Assembly: GCA_963777605.1 (NCBI GenBank)
Contig: CAVZRV010000016.1
Span: 1-44,647, forward strand
Source: an uncultured Acidobacteriota bacterium
Lineage (GTDB): Bacteria > Acidobacteriota > UBA6911 > RPQK01 > JAPXNP01
Length of the DNA: 44,647 nt
Direction of reading: 5' to 3'
Position numbers and translations under genes: made by a program. Below are positions 22,980 to 33,067 of the stretch, piece by piece; positions within the stretch are counted from its first letter, which is position 1, and each line of letters begins with the position of its first letter. The notes beneath the pieces are model-generated. The model was not told the origin of the DNA and made no database searches. It saw only the letters and a list, made by a program, of their open reading frames with translations.

Positions 22980-24187
22980 ATGAGGGTGTTTCTGGTCGTA
23001 CTCGATTCTGTTGGGATTGGTGCTGCTGCGGACGCTGAGGAATATGGGGACGAAGGAGCCAATACCCTCGCACATACGGCCCAGGCCGCAGGTTCGCTCC
23101 GCGTACCAACGCTCGAGACCCTTGGGCTTGGCAGGGCCGCCGCCGCCGTCCCCGAGTGCCTAGCGGTTCAGGGAGTTTCCGCATCCGTTCAGCCTCTTGC
23201 CTCTTTCGGCGCGATGGAAGAGGTCTCCCAAGGAAAAGACACCGTTACTGGGCATTGGGAAATAGCAGGTCTACTCCTCAGACCTGGTTTCACGGTCTTT
23301 CGAAAGGAGTCTCCATCATTTCCGGAACAACTCACTGCAATGTTTGAGGCGGAGACAGGTCGGCGAATCATCGGTAACTGTGCAGCGAGTGGGACGGCGA
23401 TCATTGAGGAGTTGGGCGAACCTCAAATGCGCGAAGGCTCCTGGATTGTTTACACAAGTGGCGATTCTGTCTTCCAGATTGCTTCGCATGAGGGAGTAAT
23501 ACCTCTGGAGGAACTTTATCAGGCGTGTTCCACTGCGAGGAGACTCTGTGATGAGTATCGTGTCGGGCGTATCATTGCTCGGCCTTTCCTGGGGAGGCCG
23601 GGAACTTCAGACGCACGGAGATGACGGGATTTTCCGTTCCCTCCGCCGAGGACTACGATTCTTATCGTCTGAAGGAACATGGAATCCATGTGAGTGTGGG
23701 CAAGATTGATGATATTTTCTGCGGTCGAGGCATTTCTCAGTCGATACACGTCCTCAACAACTGTGAAGCCCAATCAGCGATACTTGAACTGGCGAACCAG
23801 CTCGACCACGGACTTGTGTTCGCTAACCTCATCGACTTTGACATGTTGTACGGTCACCGGAGGAACCCAGTCGGCTACGCCCGGGCGTTGGAAGAAGCCG
23901 ATCTATTTTTTGGACAGCTGATCGCCGCCATGAGAGGATCGGACATCCTGATTATCACCGCCGATCATGGAAATGATCCAACATTCGAAGGTTGCGATCA
24001 CACCAGAGAATACGTTCCCATCCTGCTCTATGGCCCCGGCCTACCGGCAAAGGATCTTGGAATTCGCAAAGGCTTCTATGATGTGGCGCAAACGCTGGCT
24101 CATCTTTTCCAGATTTCACCTATGCCTCACGGGCAGTCATTCGTGGAGAAGAATGCCGGGAACGTGAGCGAGCAAGATCCTCCTTGA
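22980..24187 (+). CDS. deoB: Phosphopentomutase (frameshifted near 23620)
   Basis: VVLDSVGIG, GKDTVTGHWEI, ASGTAII, IVYTSGDSVFQIASHE, GRIIARPF, FANLIDFDMLYGHRRN, ITADHGNDPT and DHTREYVP. Confidence 0.95.
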
Positions 24188-24209
24188 TCCGGGAGAACCT
24201 ATGCATTTC

Positions 24210-24350
24210 TGGCCTGCTCCCCGGAAACTGATCCAGGTTCTATGTGAGTCTCAACCGGCCTTTAGAAAGGGGCCAGCGAGACTCGGAAATGGCAAAAAAG
24301 CCACATAGTCCGGAACCGACCATCCGCAAGCTGCGGGAGGCCGAAGGCTC
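24210..24350 (+). mobile_element. IS3-family left-end remnant
   Basis: A TG-initiated end TGGCCTGCTCCCCGGAAACTGATCCA is followed by a truncated OrfA MAKKPHSPEPTIRKLREAE (family pattern KxHxPEQIIRKLREAE). Confidence 0.7.
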
Positions 24351-24404
24351 CAGGCGTTACACCCGAAGTCGCAGGGTTTGCCGAAATGGTCGAAATAGAG
24401 GATC

Positions 24405-25536
24405 TCACAGTCCATTCAGGATGCTGAGGAAATGGCGACTACTCTCGACGAGGTCGAACTCCGCCGCTGCACGCCTCGACCGACAATCAAGACAAAGTCC
24501 TTCTCATAGACTCGCACCAGATCGGCAGCCCGATCGGTCGTCATACCGCCGCCCGGTGCCGGAAAGATGGTCGCAACGTCACCCATCCCGCACCTACATC
24601 CCTCAACAATCTCGGCGCATTCCTCTCGAGTGAACGAAAAGCGGCCGCCGTAGTTCGGAAAGATCGTCATGTCCCGCCCGCGAGGCGCATGATCTGGCCG
24701 TATAGGGCGAAGTGGCTCAATCCGTTCTCAGGTGTTGTGACGAAGCTTCCCCAGAAAGAAGGGTGGGCCATTATGGGCAAAGCCAGCGAGTCATCTTGCG
24801 CAAGGACTCGCATAGCATCGATGCCCACAAGTCCCGGACAAATCAGCAGGGCGCCCGCGCCGGCGGCCTTGGCCCGACGCGCGAGAAGCGTAACCTGATC
24901 GCTCGGCCCCGTCACATTCGGTGCATAGAGGCATCGACTTCCATGTTCTTGATTGACCTTCGCCACAGCCTCGACGCAGCGCGCAACGCGCTCCTCAAAT
25001 GGGGCGAACACTTGGTCGGTGAGCCCGTGATCATCCTTGACAATGTCGATCCCACCCCGCGCAAACTGACTGGCTTGCTCCGCGAGCTCGATGGGCGAGA
25101 GGCCCATCGGTTTCAGCACAGCACAGACCAGGGGCCTGTCGGCGATGCCGAGATGGTTGCGCAGGCCACGTACTCCGTAGCGCGGCCCACGAAAGCGGGC
25201 CAACAGGCTGCCGGGCAAGTTGAACCGTTCCACTTTGATGCCTGCCTTGAGACTGATGTTTCCGAAAATAACATTTAGCAGTTGAACGAGGTCGCCCGCC
25301 GCCGTCTCAACTGCATAGCTGATGACGGCCCGGAATCTGGATTGACCGGCTGGCTGAAAGTCTTCCACGCGGCCGACCACGTGGTCTTTTATGAATCCAT
25401 CTGGAATGAGGTCGCTCGGAAACTCAACCGTTTGCTCGTAGCAAATGTCCTTGGCCTTCTTGGTCGCCAGCCGGTTGTCGCCCGTGAGGAGATAGGAAAC
25501 CGTGAAACGCTCGCTGCCAAACAACCTTTCGTTCAT
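24405..25536 (-). CDS. rlp: RuBisCO-like protein (form IV, KDDH type; probable 5-methylthioribulose-1-P 1,3-isomerase; frameshifted near 24670 and 24470)
   Basis: EQTVEFP, QLLNVIFGNISL, GPRYGVRGLR, LKPMGLS, GGIDIVKDDHGLTDQ, MAHPS, IFPNYGGRFSF and PAPGGGMT. These motifs match the R. rubrum-type RLP. Confidence 0.92.
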
Positions 25537-25543
25537 AGCGGCT

Positions 25544-26549
25544 CTACAATGCCTCCACTCGCGCGATGTTGTGGACCGGTTCGATTCGCACCCGCTCGAG
25601 ATCCTCCTCTCGAATTCCGAGCCTCATGCCAATCATCTCTTCGATATGGAGCACAAGGGCCATGGCATCGATTCCGTACTTCCTCATCAGGTAGGGCCGG
25701 CTTCCACCGTGGGCGAACGAATCGCGGAGCCCAACGCGAACGAGGCGTTTCCGACTCCGTTCGTCGCCATCACCTCCGCCACCTCCGTTCCGAGTCCACC
25801 CACGATTGAATGGTTTTCCAATGTTATGACACCGTAGCGCGGTTTGGAAACCGCCTCGAGGATCACCGGATTCGTGAATGGCTTATGCGTCGATACGTGC
25901 AAGTGGTGGATGGAGACGCCCTTCCCACCTAGAATGGCGATCGCGCGCAATGCCTCTTCGGTGCAGATCCCGGCCGTAATGAGGGTTACGTCCTGGCCCT
26001 GATGCAAGATACGCGGATGGTTCACCACGAGTGGTTCCTCGACAGGGAACAACCTGGGCATCTCACCGCGGAGCATTCGCACGTATACCGGGCCGGGTAG
26101 AGCGAAGACCGCGTCGAGCACGGTTTCTACTTCCGTTGCATCCCCAGTCTCGAACACCGTCATATTTGGTATTGTGCGCATGACGGCAACATCCTCGATT
26201 GCCTGATGAGTCGCACCGCCTGGGGTCGTGATTCCGGGCAGGAATCCGAAAAACTTAACGGGGAGATTCGAATAGGCAACCGAACTCACAATCTGGTTCA
26301 AGGCCTGCCGGTAGATGAACACGGCGAAGGTGTGTACGAACGGGATGTATCCTTCGCGGGCGAGCCCGCCTGCAAGACTGACCATATTCTGCTCGGCGAC
26401 TCCCATCGAGAAGAATCGGTCCGGGTAGGTATCCTTAAACGTATCGATCTGGTGGAACCCGTCAAATCGGCCGAGAGAACGACGACTTCCGGCTTGTCCT
26501 TCGCCCAGCCCACGAGATTCTTGGCGTGAACCCTTGAAACGATCTCCAT
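25544..26549 (-). CDS. Transketolase-like enzyme, C-terminal (pyrimidine-binding) subunit (frameshifted)
   Basis: VLSADLTGS, DRFFSMGVAEQNMVSLAGGLA, TFAVF, GGATHQAIED, PVYVRMLRG and TLENHSIVGGLG. It ends ...ARVEAL* 8 bp before the rlp start. Confidence 0.9.
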
Positions 26550-26552
26550 CGC

Positions 26553-27497
26553 CTATTCTCCCGTCTCCAGGTTCTTCATCACTGACTCATAAAAGTCGCG
26601 ATATTCCTCTCGTTCTTCCGAGGAGGCAAAGCGCACATAGTGAAGCTTAGGTCGTCGCTTCTCAAGAAGTGGAACACCTCTACAGGGATCCGTGTAACAA
26701 AGGACCACAAGCGGGCGACCGTCAGGCGCCAACTGCGATGGCTCAACAAGGGCTCTGATGTCGTGTCCGTCCACCCCAAACACCCGGCCGCCGAACGCCT
26801 CGATCCGCTTCGTGAGAGGTTCGATCTGCATGACGTTCTCTGTCCTTCCATCGCACTGCTGACCGTTGATGTCGACATAAATACCGAGATTGTCGAGATG
26901 GTAATGCGACAGGGTTTGCAGGCTCTCCCAGGTCTGACCCTCCTGGAACTCCCCATCAGACAGAAATACCCAAATACGTCCCTGTTGTCCTCTTGACTTG
27001 CGCGCGAGCGCAATACCGGCAGCTTGACTCAGGGTCTGAGCGAGAGCCCCCCCCATCATCTCGAAACCGGGCGAATGTTCCGCGCCGATCATTTCGACCG
27101 TGCTACCGTCCTGATTGAACTGGTCGAGGCTGGCCGGATCCATCCGTCCAACCTCGATGAGCGTGGAGTAGAGAACCAGAGCGTAATGGGCCGGGCTCAA
27201 GTAGAAACGATCGAACTCCGGATCGCGGGCGCCGTTGTAGGCTCCGCCCGCTTTATAGCCGATTTGGGAGGCTGATGGAACCCCTTGGAAGGGCGGAGGA
27301 ACCATCGGAGCGGTGCTCCTGCCCAGACGCGCGATCTTCAGGTAGATGCTTGCGAGAATTTCAGCCGAGGAACAGGCTTGGCTCAGGTAACCGCCGTTGT
27401 GGAGGATGGTGTGCTCCATCACCCGTCGACGGATCCCCCCCGCGGCTCGTTTGATCTCATTGAGAACCCGTGATTCGATGCCAACTCCAGCACCCAT
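26553..27497 (-). CDS. Transketolase-like enzyme, N-terminal (ThDP-binding) subunit
   Basis: DRFYLSPAHY, ThDP motif SDGEFQEGQTWE...DINGQQ, VDGHDI and KLHY. It stops 4 bp before the C-subunit start. Confidence 0.9.
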   Translation of the reverse strand: MGAGVGIESRVLNEIKRAAGGIRRRVMEHTILHNGGYLSQACSSAEILASIYLKIARLGRSTAPMVPPPFQGVPSASQIGYKAGGAYNGARDPEFDRFYLSPAHYALVLYSTLIEVGRMDPASLDQFNQDGSTVEMIGAEHSPGFEMMGGALAQTLSQAAGIALARKSRGQQGRIWVFLSDGEFQEGQTWESLQTLSHYHLDNLGIYVDINGQQCDGRTENVMQIEPLTKRIEAFGGRVFGVDGHDIRALVEPSQLAPDGRPLVVLCYTDPCRGVPLLEKRRPKLHYVRFASSEEREEYRDFYESVMKNLETGE

Positions 27498-27936
27498 CAG
27501 CCTTCTCCAATTCCGGGTCTTGCCGACCGCTCCGAGGAGAGGCGGATCGCAGGCCTAATGAGCAAACGCCTCGTGAGTGGTCCTGCATAGGATAACGCAG
27601 AAACGTCGATCCGTCACATCAGGGTTGAGAGAATTCCGCGGGCACGCCACTCCCGCAGATCGAGGGAGTGCAACCGCGATCGACGAGCCCCACGAACCCG
27701 GCAGTTACTCGTCGGACGGGTGATGATGTAAACTGGAAGGGGTGGTTTCAACACGCGGCTACTCACGACATCCTGGAACGTGAGAGTGGTAACCCAATTT
27801 GATCTTACGCTCACGCAATCCTGGTCGACACCGTGTCCCGATCAAGACGAAGGACACCCCCTTAAGCAGACCAGGATGGGTGTTTGCTATGTCAAGAGAG
27901 ATTCTTGTCCCAATGTTAAGCCAGGAGAAGTAGAGA

Positions 27937-29350
27937 ATGAGACATAAACAGAGGTGTTTGCGGTCTCTTGTTGGCCTAGCCTACTTTTTTGCCTTTTGCC
28001 AGGTTTTGTTTGCAGGATCGGGGCTCATTTCAGTCAAGTGCATCGATCAGGATGGTCGAGCACTGAAGGGTATAAAGGTATACCTGCAGTGCTTGAATAA
28101 TGGTAAGGCTGACGACGCAAAGACGAACAGCGAAGGACTTGCCCGGTTCGATAAGCTGAATGCCGGCGTCTATCGAGTCTGGACTCAGGTAGACGGTTTC
28201 ACGCCCGCTTACTTTGAGTTTCTCCGCATGAAGGATCAAGCTCAAGAGACAGTAACCCTCAACCTGAAACGGGGAGACTCGGACGAAAAGCTCTATTTCC
28301 AAGACTCTGAGGTCTTGGCGAAAAGTGAAGAGTACGCAAAGCAAGGCAGTGAGTTTCTCAACCAGGGTCGGATTGCTGAGGCAAAGGAAGCGCTTGAGCG
28401 GTCACTCGAAATCAATCGGTCCAACCCGCTCGTCTATCATAACCTTGCCGTAATCTACGGACGTCTGAACCGCTGGGACGAGTCCGAGGAGAGCCTTCGG
28501 AAAGAGCTGCAGATCCTCAACGCATTCAAGGATCTGCAGAGCGTCGAGAACGCTTCGCTGGAGCGGCTGTACCAGTCCGCCAGCCAGCTCCTCGACTCGC
28601 TACCGGTCAGACGGGCCGTGTCAGAAGCGAATGCGGCGATGCAGGCCGAAGACTACGAGGCCGCCCTGAAGGGACTCAAGGAGGCAGTTCAAATCGACTC
28701 GTCGAATGCCCAACTGCATTTCAGTATGGCCGTTGCCTATGCCAAGCTCGGGCGCGTCGGAGAGGCCAAGACCGCTCTGGAAAGGGCACTGGCATTGGAC
28801 CCAGAGAACCAGTCGTACAGGGCCCTTGGAGAACAGATTGCTCAGTTCCAGAGTCAGATGGCAGCGAAGAAGTCCGCATCGGCTTTGGCCGAGGTTCAAG
28901 AGCTCAACAACAAGTCCCAGTATCAGAAGGCTTTAGACATGTTGAATGACTCTCGCGACGTCATCGTCGACGCCAATTCATCCGCCTTCTGGGAGAGAGA
29001 TCAAGAGCCTATTTCGGGCTCAAGCAGTATGCGCTCGGCTTTGAGGCCCTGCAAAAGGAGTGGGAGTTGGAGTCGGAGTCAAACGGCTGGACCAGGGCTT
29101 TTACGAGCTCGGAAAGGACTTCACGAGAAAAGGAAATCAGGAGGGGGCTCACAAGGCCTTTGAGAAGGTGTTGGAGGTGAATCCTCAATTCGCAGAAGGC
29201 TACTACGAATTGGGAATGGGCCTATTTTACGATGCAAAAGATCGAAGCCGAGCACGTGAATTGTTGCAGAAATACCTGACACTCGGTAAGGATGAGGCTC
29301 ACCTTGATAATGCACAAAATGTACTCAAGGTGATTGAACAAGAACAATAA
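27937..29350 (+). CDS. Secreted protein with carboxypeptidase-regulatory-like domain plus TPR repeats (frameshifted)
   Basis: Signal peptide, DQDGRALKG...TNSEGLARF..LNAGVY beta-sandwich and TPR helices (HNLAVIY, FSMAVAYAKLG, YYELGMGL). Confidence 0.75.
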
Positions 29351-29364
29351 CGAACCAGACCGCC

Positions 29365-30725
29365 TCAGCCGATCCCGTACTCGGCAGGCAGAATGCGTCC
29401 TGCAACGGAGGCGTCGGCAAGCATCTTCTCGATGATTCGGTCTTCGGTTTCGGGAAGTCTTGCGAACTCGTCGCACATTCGATCCAGCCAGGGACGCTCT
29501 CGCTCGGGCAGACGCAGCCGCCCCGAACCCAAAGCCGTCTTCAATTCCTGCAGGCTGGCGCCGACGGCGGCCAGCGTCTGGAGGTAGGGATCGCTGAGCC
29601 GGGCGATCTGTTCGGATATTCGGAGGACGACGTCCGGTTTCAGCAGCCAGGCCTGGGGATCCAGCGGGGCATCGGAATCGCTCAGCCAGTCCCTCAACAG
29701 CCTGGCCTGAGTAGGTGACGAGGAAAGCGCCGTGTTCATCAGGCGGCAGTCGTAGACAAGCTGCTCCAAACACATCCGAGGAGCCCGCCCGCTCAGCATC
29801 TGAACATTCTGAACCGATTCGTTCGACCAGCAATCGCAGACGGCCTGGCTGACGTTGCCCAGCGGGCTAAGATGCGCGCAAGCGGCGGTCCGGCCCTCCA
29901 TAGAGATCGGGATGCCCGCGATCGCCTTGAGATAGGGACCCTCGTAGGCACAGTCCTTGCTCGGCCCGGCGCCCCGATGCGGTACGGCACCAGGCTCCTT
30001 GGAACCGACGCGACCCGGACGATCGCCGCAAAAACCGGGGGATCACCTCCGTTTCCCCAGCACCATCGCCGTGTTGGCAAACCCGCAAGCCGTATCTCCG
30101 GAAGGCACGATGTGCTGGGACCGGAAGCGTACGAGGTGGTGCCAGAGGGATCCATATCGCGGGCTCCGAGAACTCCGAGCGTGAAGACGATCGGCCAGAT
30201 CCGCCTCGACCAGGGCGTCGTCGCAAACCTCCTTCCCTCCGGTGGACTCCACGGCGAGGAGGTCGGCCCCCCAGCTTCCCGCTTTGTTGAAGAGCTCGAG
30301 CATATGACCCCAGTGTGCGTTCGAACGCATTCGCGGAGGCGTCCGAACTCCCGCGCGTCGTCGGTGTCAGCCGCAGGGCGGTCCACAGGCCGTATCTTGT
30401 GAAATTTCGCCATCCGTTTCGAGACAGCCCGGAAATCTCCAATCCCCACTCGGGCCGGTCGGTCATGGGAGCCAGCGTTTCGAACTCAACCAGCAGTTCC
30501 GGCGTCTCGAGCTCCACGGCCCTCTCCAGTACCGACCGGATCATCTCTTCGTACTGTCGCCGCACTTCGGCCCAGGTCTCGTCACAATGTCGATCGACGG
30601 AGGGGTGAAGTTGATTTCGGGGACCACTCGTCCACCGCCGATCAGCAGGCCGGTTCCGCAATGGACCGGCTCGGAGCGCTGCCGAAGATGAAGTCCTCCA
30701 GACGTTCGATAGCAAGTCCGGTCAT
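29365..30725 (-). CDS. mtaB: MtaB-family (methanol:corrinoid-type) methyltransferase (many frameshifts)
   Basis: DFIFGSAP, IGGGRVVPEINFT, LVEFE, ADLLAVESTGGKE, GDTACGFANTAM, GPSKDCAYEG, ISMEGRTAACAHLS.LGN, DCWSNESV and YDCRLMN. The Zn-ligand Glu/Cys/Cys motifs of MtaB are present. Confidence 0.9.
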
Positions 30726-30756
30726 TTTTCCTCCGCGCCAACTCCGCCCAGAACCA

Positions 30757-31376
30757 CTACAATGCGGGTTCGAGCAGCCGTTCGACGACTTGAACGGCTT
30801 CATCGGCATCCTCTCCAAACCCGTCTGCCCCGATCTCCGGGCAGCGCCGGTGACTGGGGCCCCGCCCACGACGATCCTGACGCCGGGCCGGTCCGAAGTC
30901 GGTCCACGACGGTCTTCATGGAGGGCATCGTCGTAGTGAACAGCGCAACGATACAGAGCGTTGTGAAGCCCCGATCCACGGCTGGGAGGCTTCTCAACCG
31001 CACAGTCCACCCCCAGGTCTTCAACCTCGAAGCCGGCGCCTTTGAGCATGACGACAACGAGGTTCTTCCCAATGTCGTGCAGATCGCCTTTCACCGTGCC
31101 GATGGCGACCTTTGCCCGAATCCGTGTCCCTTTCCTTGCAAGCGCCGGTTCGAGCAGGTCGAGGCCGGCCTGCATGGCCGGGCGGCGATCAGCATTTCCG
31201 GGACATAGATCTCCCCCGCGAGAATCGGCGGCCGACTTCCCGCATGGCTGGAATCATGGTCTTGTCGAGCAGTCCGAGGGATCACCATCTTCCCTCAGGT
31301 TCTGATCGACGATCTGAACGGTGGACTTCCGGTTCCCCGCGATGACTGCGTCGAAGAGCTCACTAATCCGAGCCAA
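30757..31376 (-). CDS. Corrinoid-binding protein (MtaC/MtbC-like; frameshifted)
   Basis: GEIYVPEMLIAAR, IGTVKGDLHDIGKNLV (DxHxxG B12 motif), GFEVEDLGVD, LFTTTM and VVGGAPVT. TTG start at 31376 follows GGAGG. Confidence 0.9.
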
Positions 31377-31431
31377 CGGTCGCCTCCCTGCCAAGACTCT
31401 ACCGTTGTGCAGACGCGGCGGATAGATCAGA

Positions 31432-32728
31432 ATGGCGAGAACTTATACGATTTTGCTGCCTTGGCTCCTCTTTCGAGTCTGTGGGCAGCCGCGGGAGATC
31501 GGCCGGAGTGCCAGAACAGATGCTGAATGCGGTCGAGCAAACCTTCTCGGCGTACGAGAGGGAGTATGACGTCAATCCGAGGCTCATGGGGCCGGATGGG
31601 AGAGGGTTGCCGGTCGGCCGGAACCGATCGACGATCTGCCCTTCCTGAGAAGGACACGAATCCACGCCCTGCAGGAGTCGATTCGTTGGGGAGAACCCTG
31701 CACCTACTTCCTGGCCCCGGGGATCGTCAGCTGGATGGTTGCGCTCGTCGAAGGCCGCCGGCCAAGGCGGATTGATCGGTGGAGAAGTCGTGGCGGAGGA
31801 CGAACCCGAGGACCGCCTGGAGGCCACTAACCATCTGGTCGCCTGCGGAGCATCCCGCGCCGCCGCTCTCCAGTTCGTCAAGGCGCTTCCCGCTTGGCCG
31901 CAGGTCCGGACGCAGGAGGCTGCAAATCGACTCTGTGCGCTCTTCTATGCGGACAGCGGCTGGTCCGCTCTGCTCCTCGACGAAAACCGGGAGCGGGCGC
32001 TCCAGCAGAGGGAGATCGCCGATGAGATCCATTGCCGGAAGGAAGGGGGGAAGGGGAATTCCCCTTCCGGGAGGAGCGTGTGCTGCGCTCACTGATCCGC
32101 TCTGGAGACCGCAAGCGGGCACGGAAGCTGCTGAATAGATATCTCGGCGCGGTCTTCCTCCAGTCTCCCGACCTGGTCGTGGTGCGTGCGCTCATGATCG
32201 AGATGCTGGGCTACCTGGTCCGGACTGCGGGCCAGGACAGCGCTCATCTGGGATTCTTGATCGAGAGCAGCCACCGCTGGACGGGCAGAATCATCGCCGC
32301 CCGGTCGAACCTCGCACGTCGTCAAGAACGCCCTGGACGACTTTATGAACACCATCTACCTGTTGGGGTTCGAGAGCGGTCATCCGGGTGTTGCCCGGGT
32401 GCTTGACTACATTGCCGCTCATTTCCAGGAAGAAGTCCGGCTCCAGGACCTGGCCGACGAAGTCCGACTGAGCACCTTTCGGATCGCTCACCTGGTCAAG
32501 GAACGGACGGGCCGGACGATCCTGCAGCACGTTCACGAGATGCGAATCCGCGAGGCCCAGCGTTTGCTGGAGGAATCCCGGCTGTCCTGTGCCGAGATCG
32601 CATACGAAGTCGGTTTCACGGACCAAAGCTATTTCAACCGCCGCTTTCGGGCCCTCACCGGCATCACGCCGCGCCAGCATCGCCGGCTCTACCTCTCTCG
32701 AAAGCCGAAAGAACGGGCTAGTTTTTGA
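31432..32728 (+). CDS. AraC-family regulator with probable N-terminal PocR-like sensor (frameshifted, start uncertain)
   Basis: The C-terminal AraC HTH reads LDYIAAHFQEEVRLQDLADEVRLS...EIAYEVGFTDQSYFNRRFRALTGITPRQHR. The middle has EERVLRSLIRSGD and the N-terminal fragments have GGLIGGEV. It is divergent from the corrinoid gene. Confidence 0.8.
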
Positions 32729-32916
32729 CCCTGGCAACCGCCGCAAGGCTGGCGACCCAAGGAATGACGCATCTGTGTAACATCGCGATTTCAGCGGGTG
32801 TAAGGATCGGCCATTCTTGCGGTCGAGAAAACGACTGAAGGTTTTGGCCGACCTCTACGAACAGACCACCTTTCGTGCCGCACAAGGCCAGAGGAAGTGC
32901 CCCGGATGATGATTCC

Positions 32917-32971
32917 TCCCCGACGTCAACTACATTTCCCTACCAGGAAGAGGATGTAATTGGCGTTGAGG
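32917..32971 (+). repeat. 24-bp dispersed repeat copy 3 with a degenerate inverted partner
   Basis: TCCCCGACGTCAACTACATTTCCC (32917-32940) is followed by GGATGTAATTGGCGTTGAGG (32952-32971), an imperfect reverse complement. Confidence 0.85.
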
Positions 32972-33067
32972 CAGGTTGCCCACGAACCATGAAAAGCGGT
33001 ACTATCTTGTGTGGATCAAGACTTGGCCAACACGGACTCTCGGTCCCACTTTTCGTTCGGAGGCACC

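Noticed and set aside
24405-25536. CO2-fixing RuBisCO, or an AMP/nucleoside form III pathway
   Set aside because: It has KDDH rather than KDDE, lacks the loop-6 Lys (IFPNYGGRF) and is only ~375 aa. No rbcS, prk or AMP phosphorylase is present. It is a form IV RLP.
29365-31376. Evidence of methanogenesis or archaeal origin
   Set aside because: The surrounding genes are diderm-bacterial (TonB receptor, AraC), there are no mcr or CoM genes, and MtaB homologues also occur in bacteria.
31377-31440. Cobalamin riboswitch upstream of the corrinoid gene
   Set aside because: The space is too short and no B12-box was recognisable.
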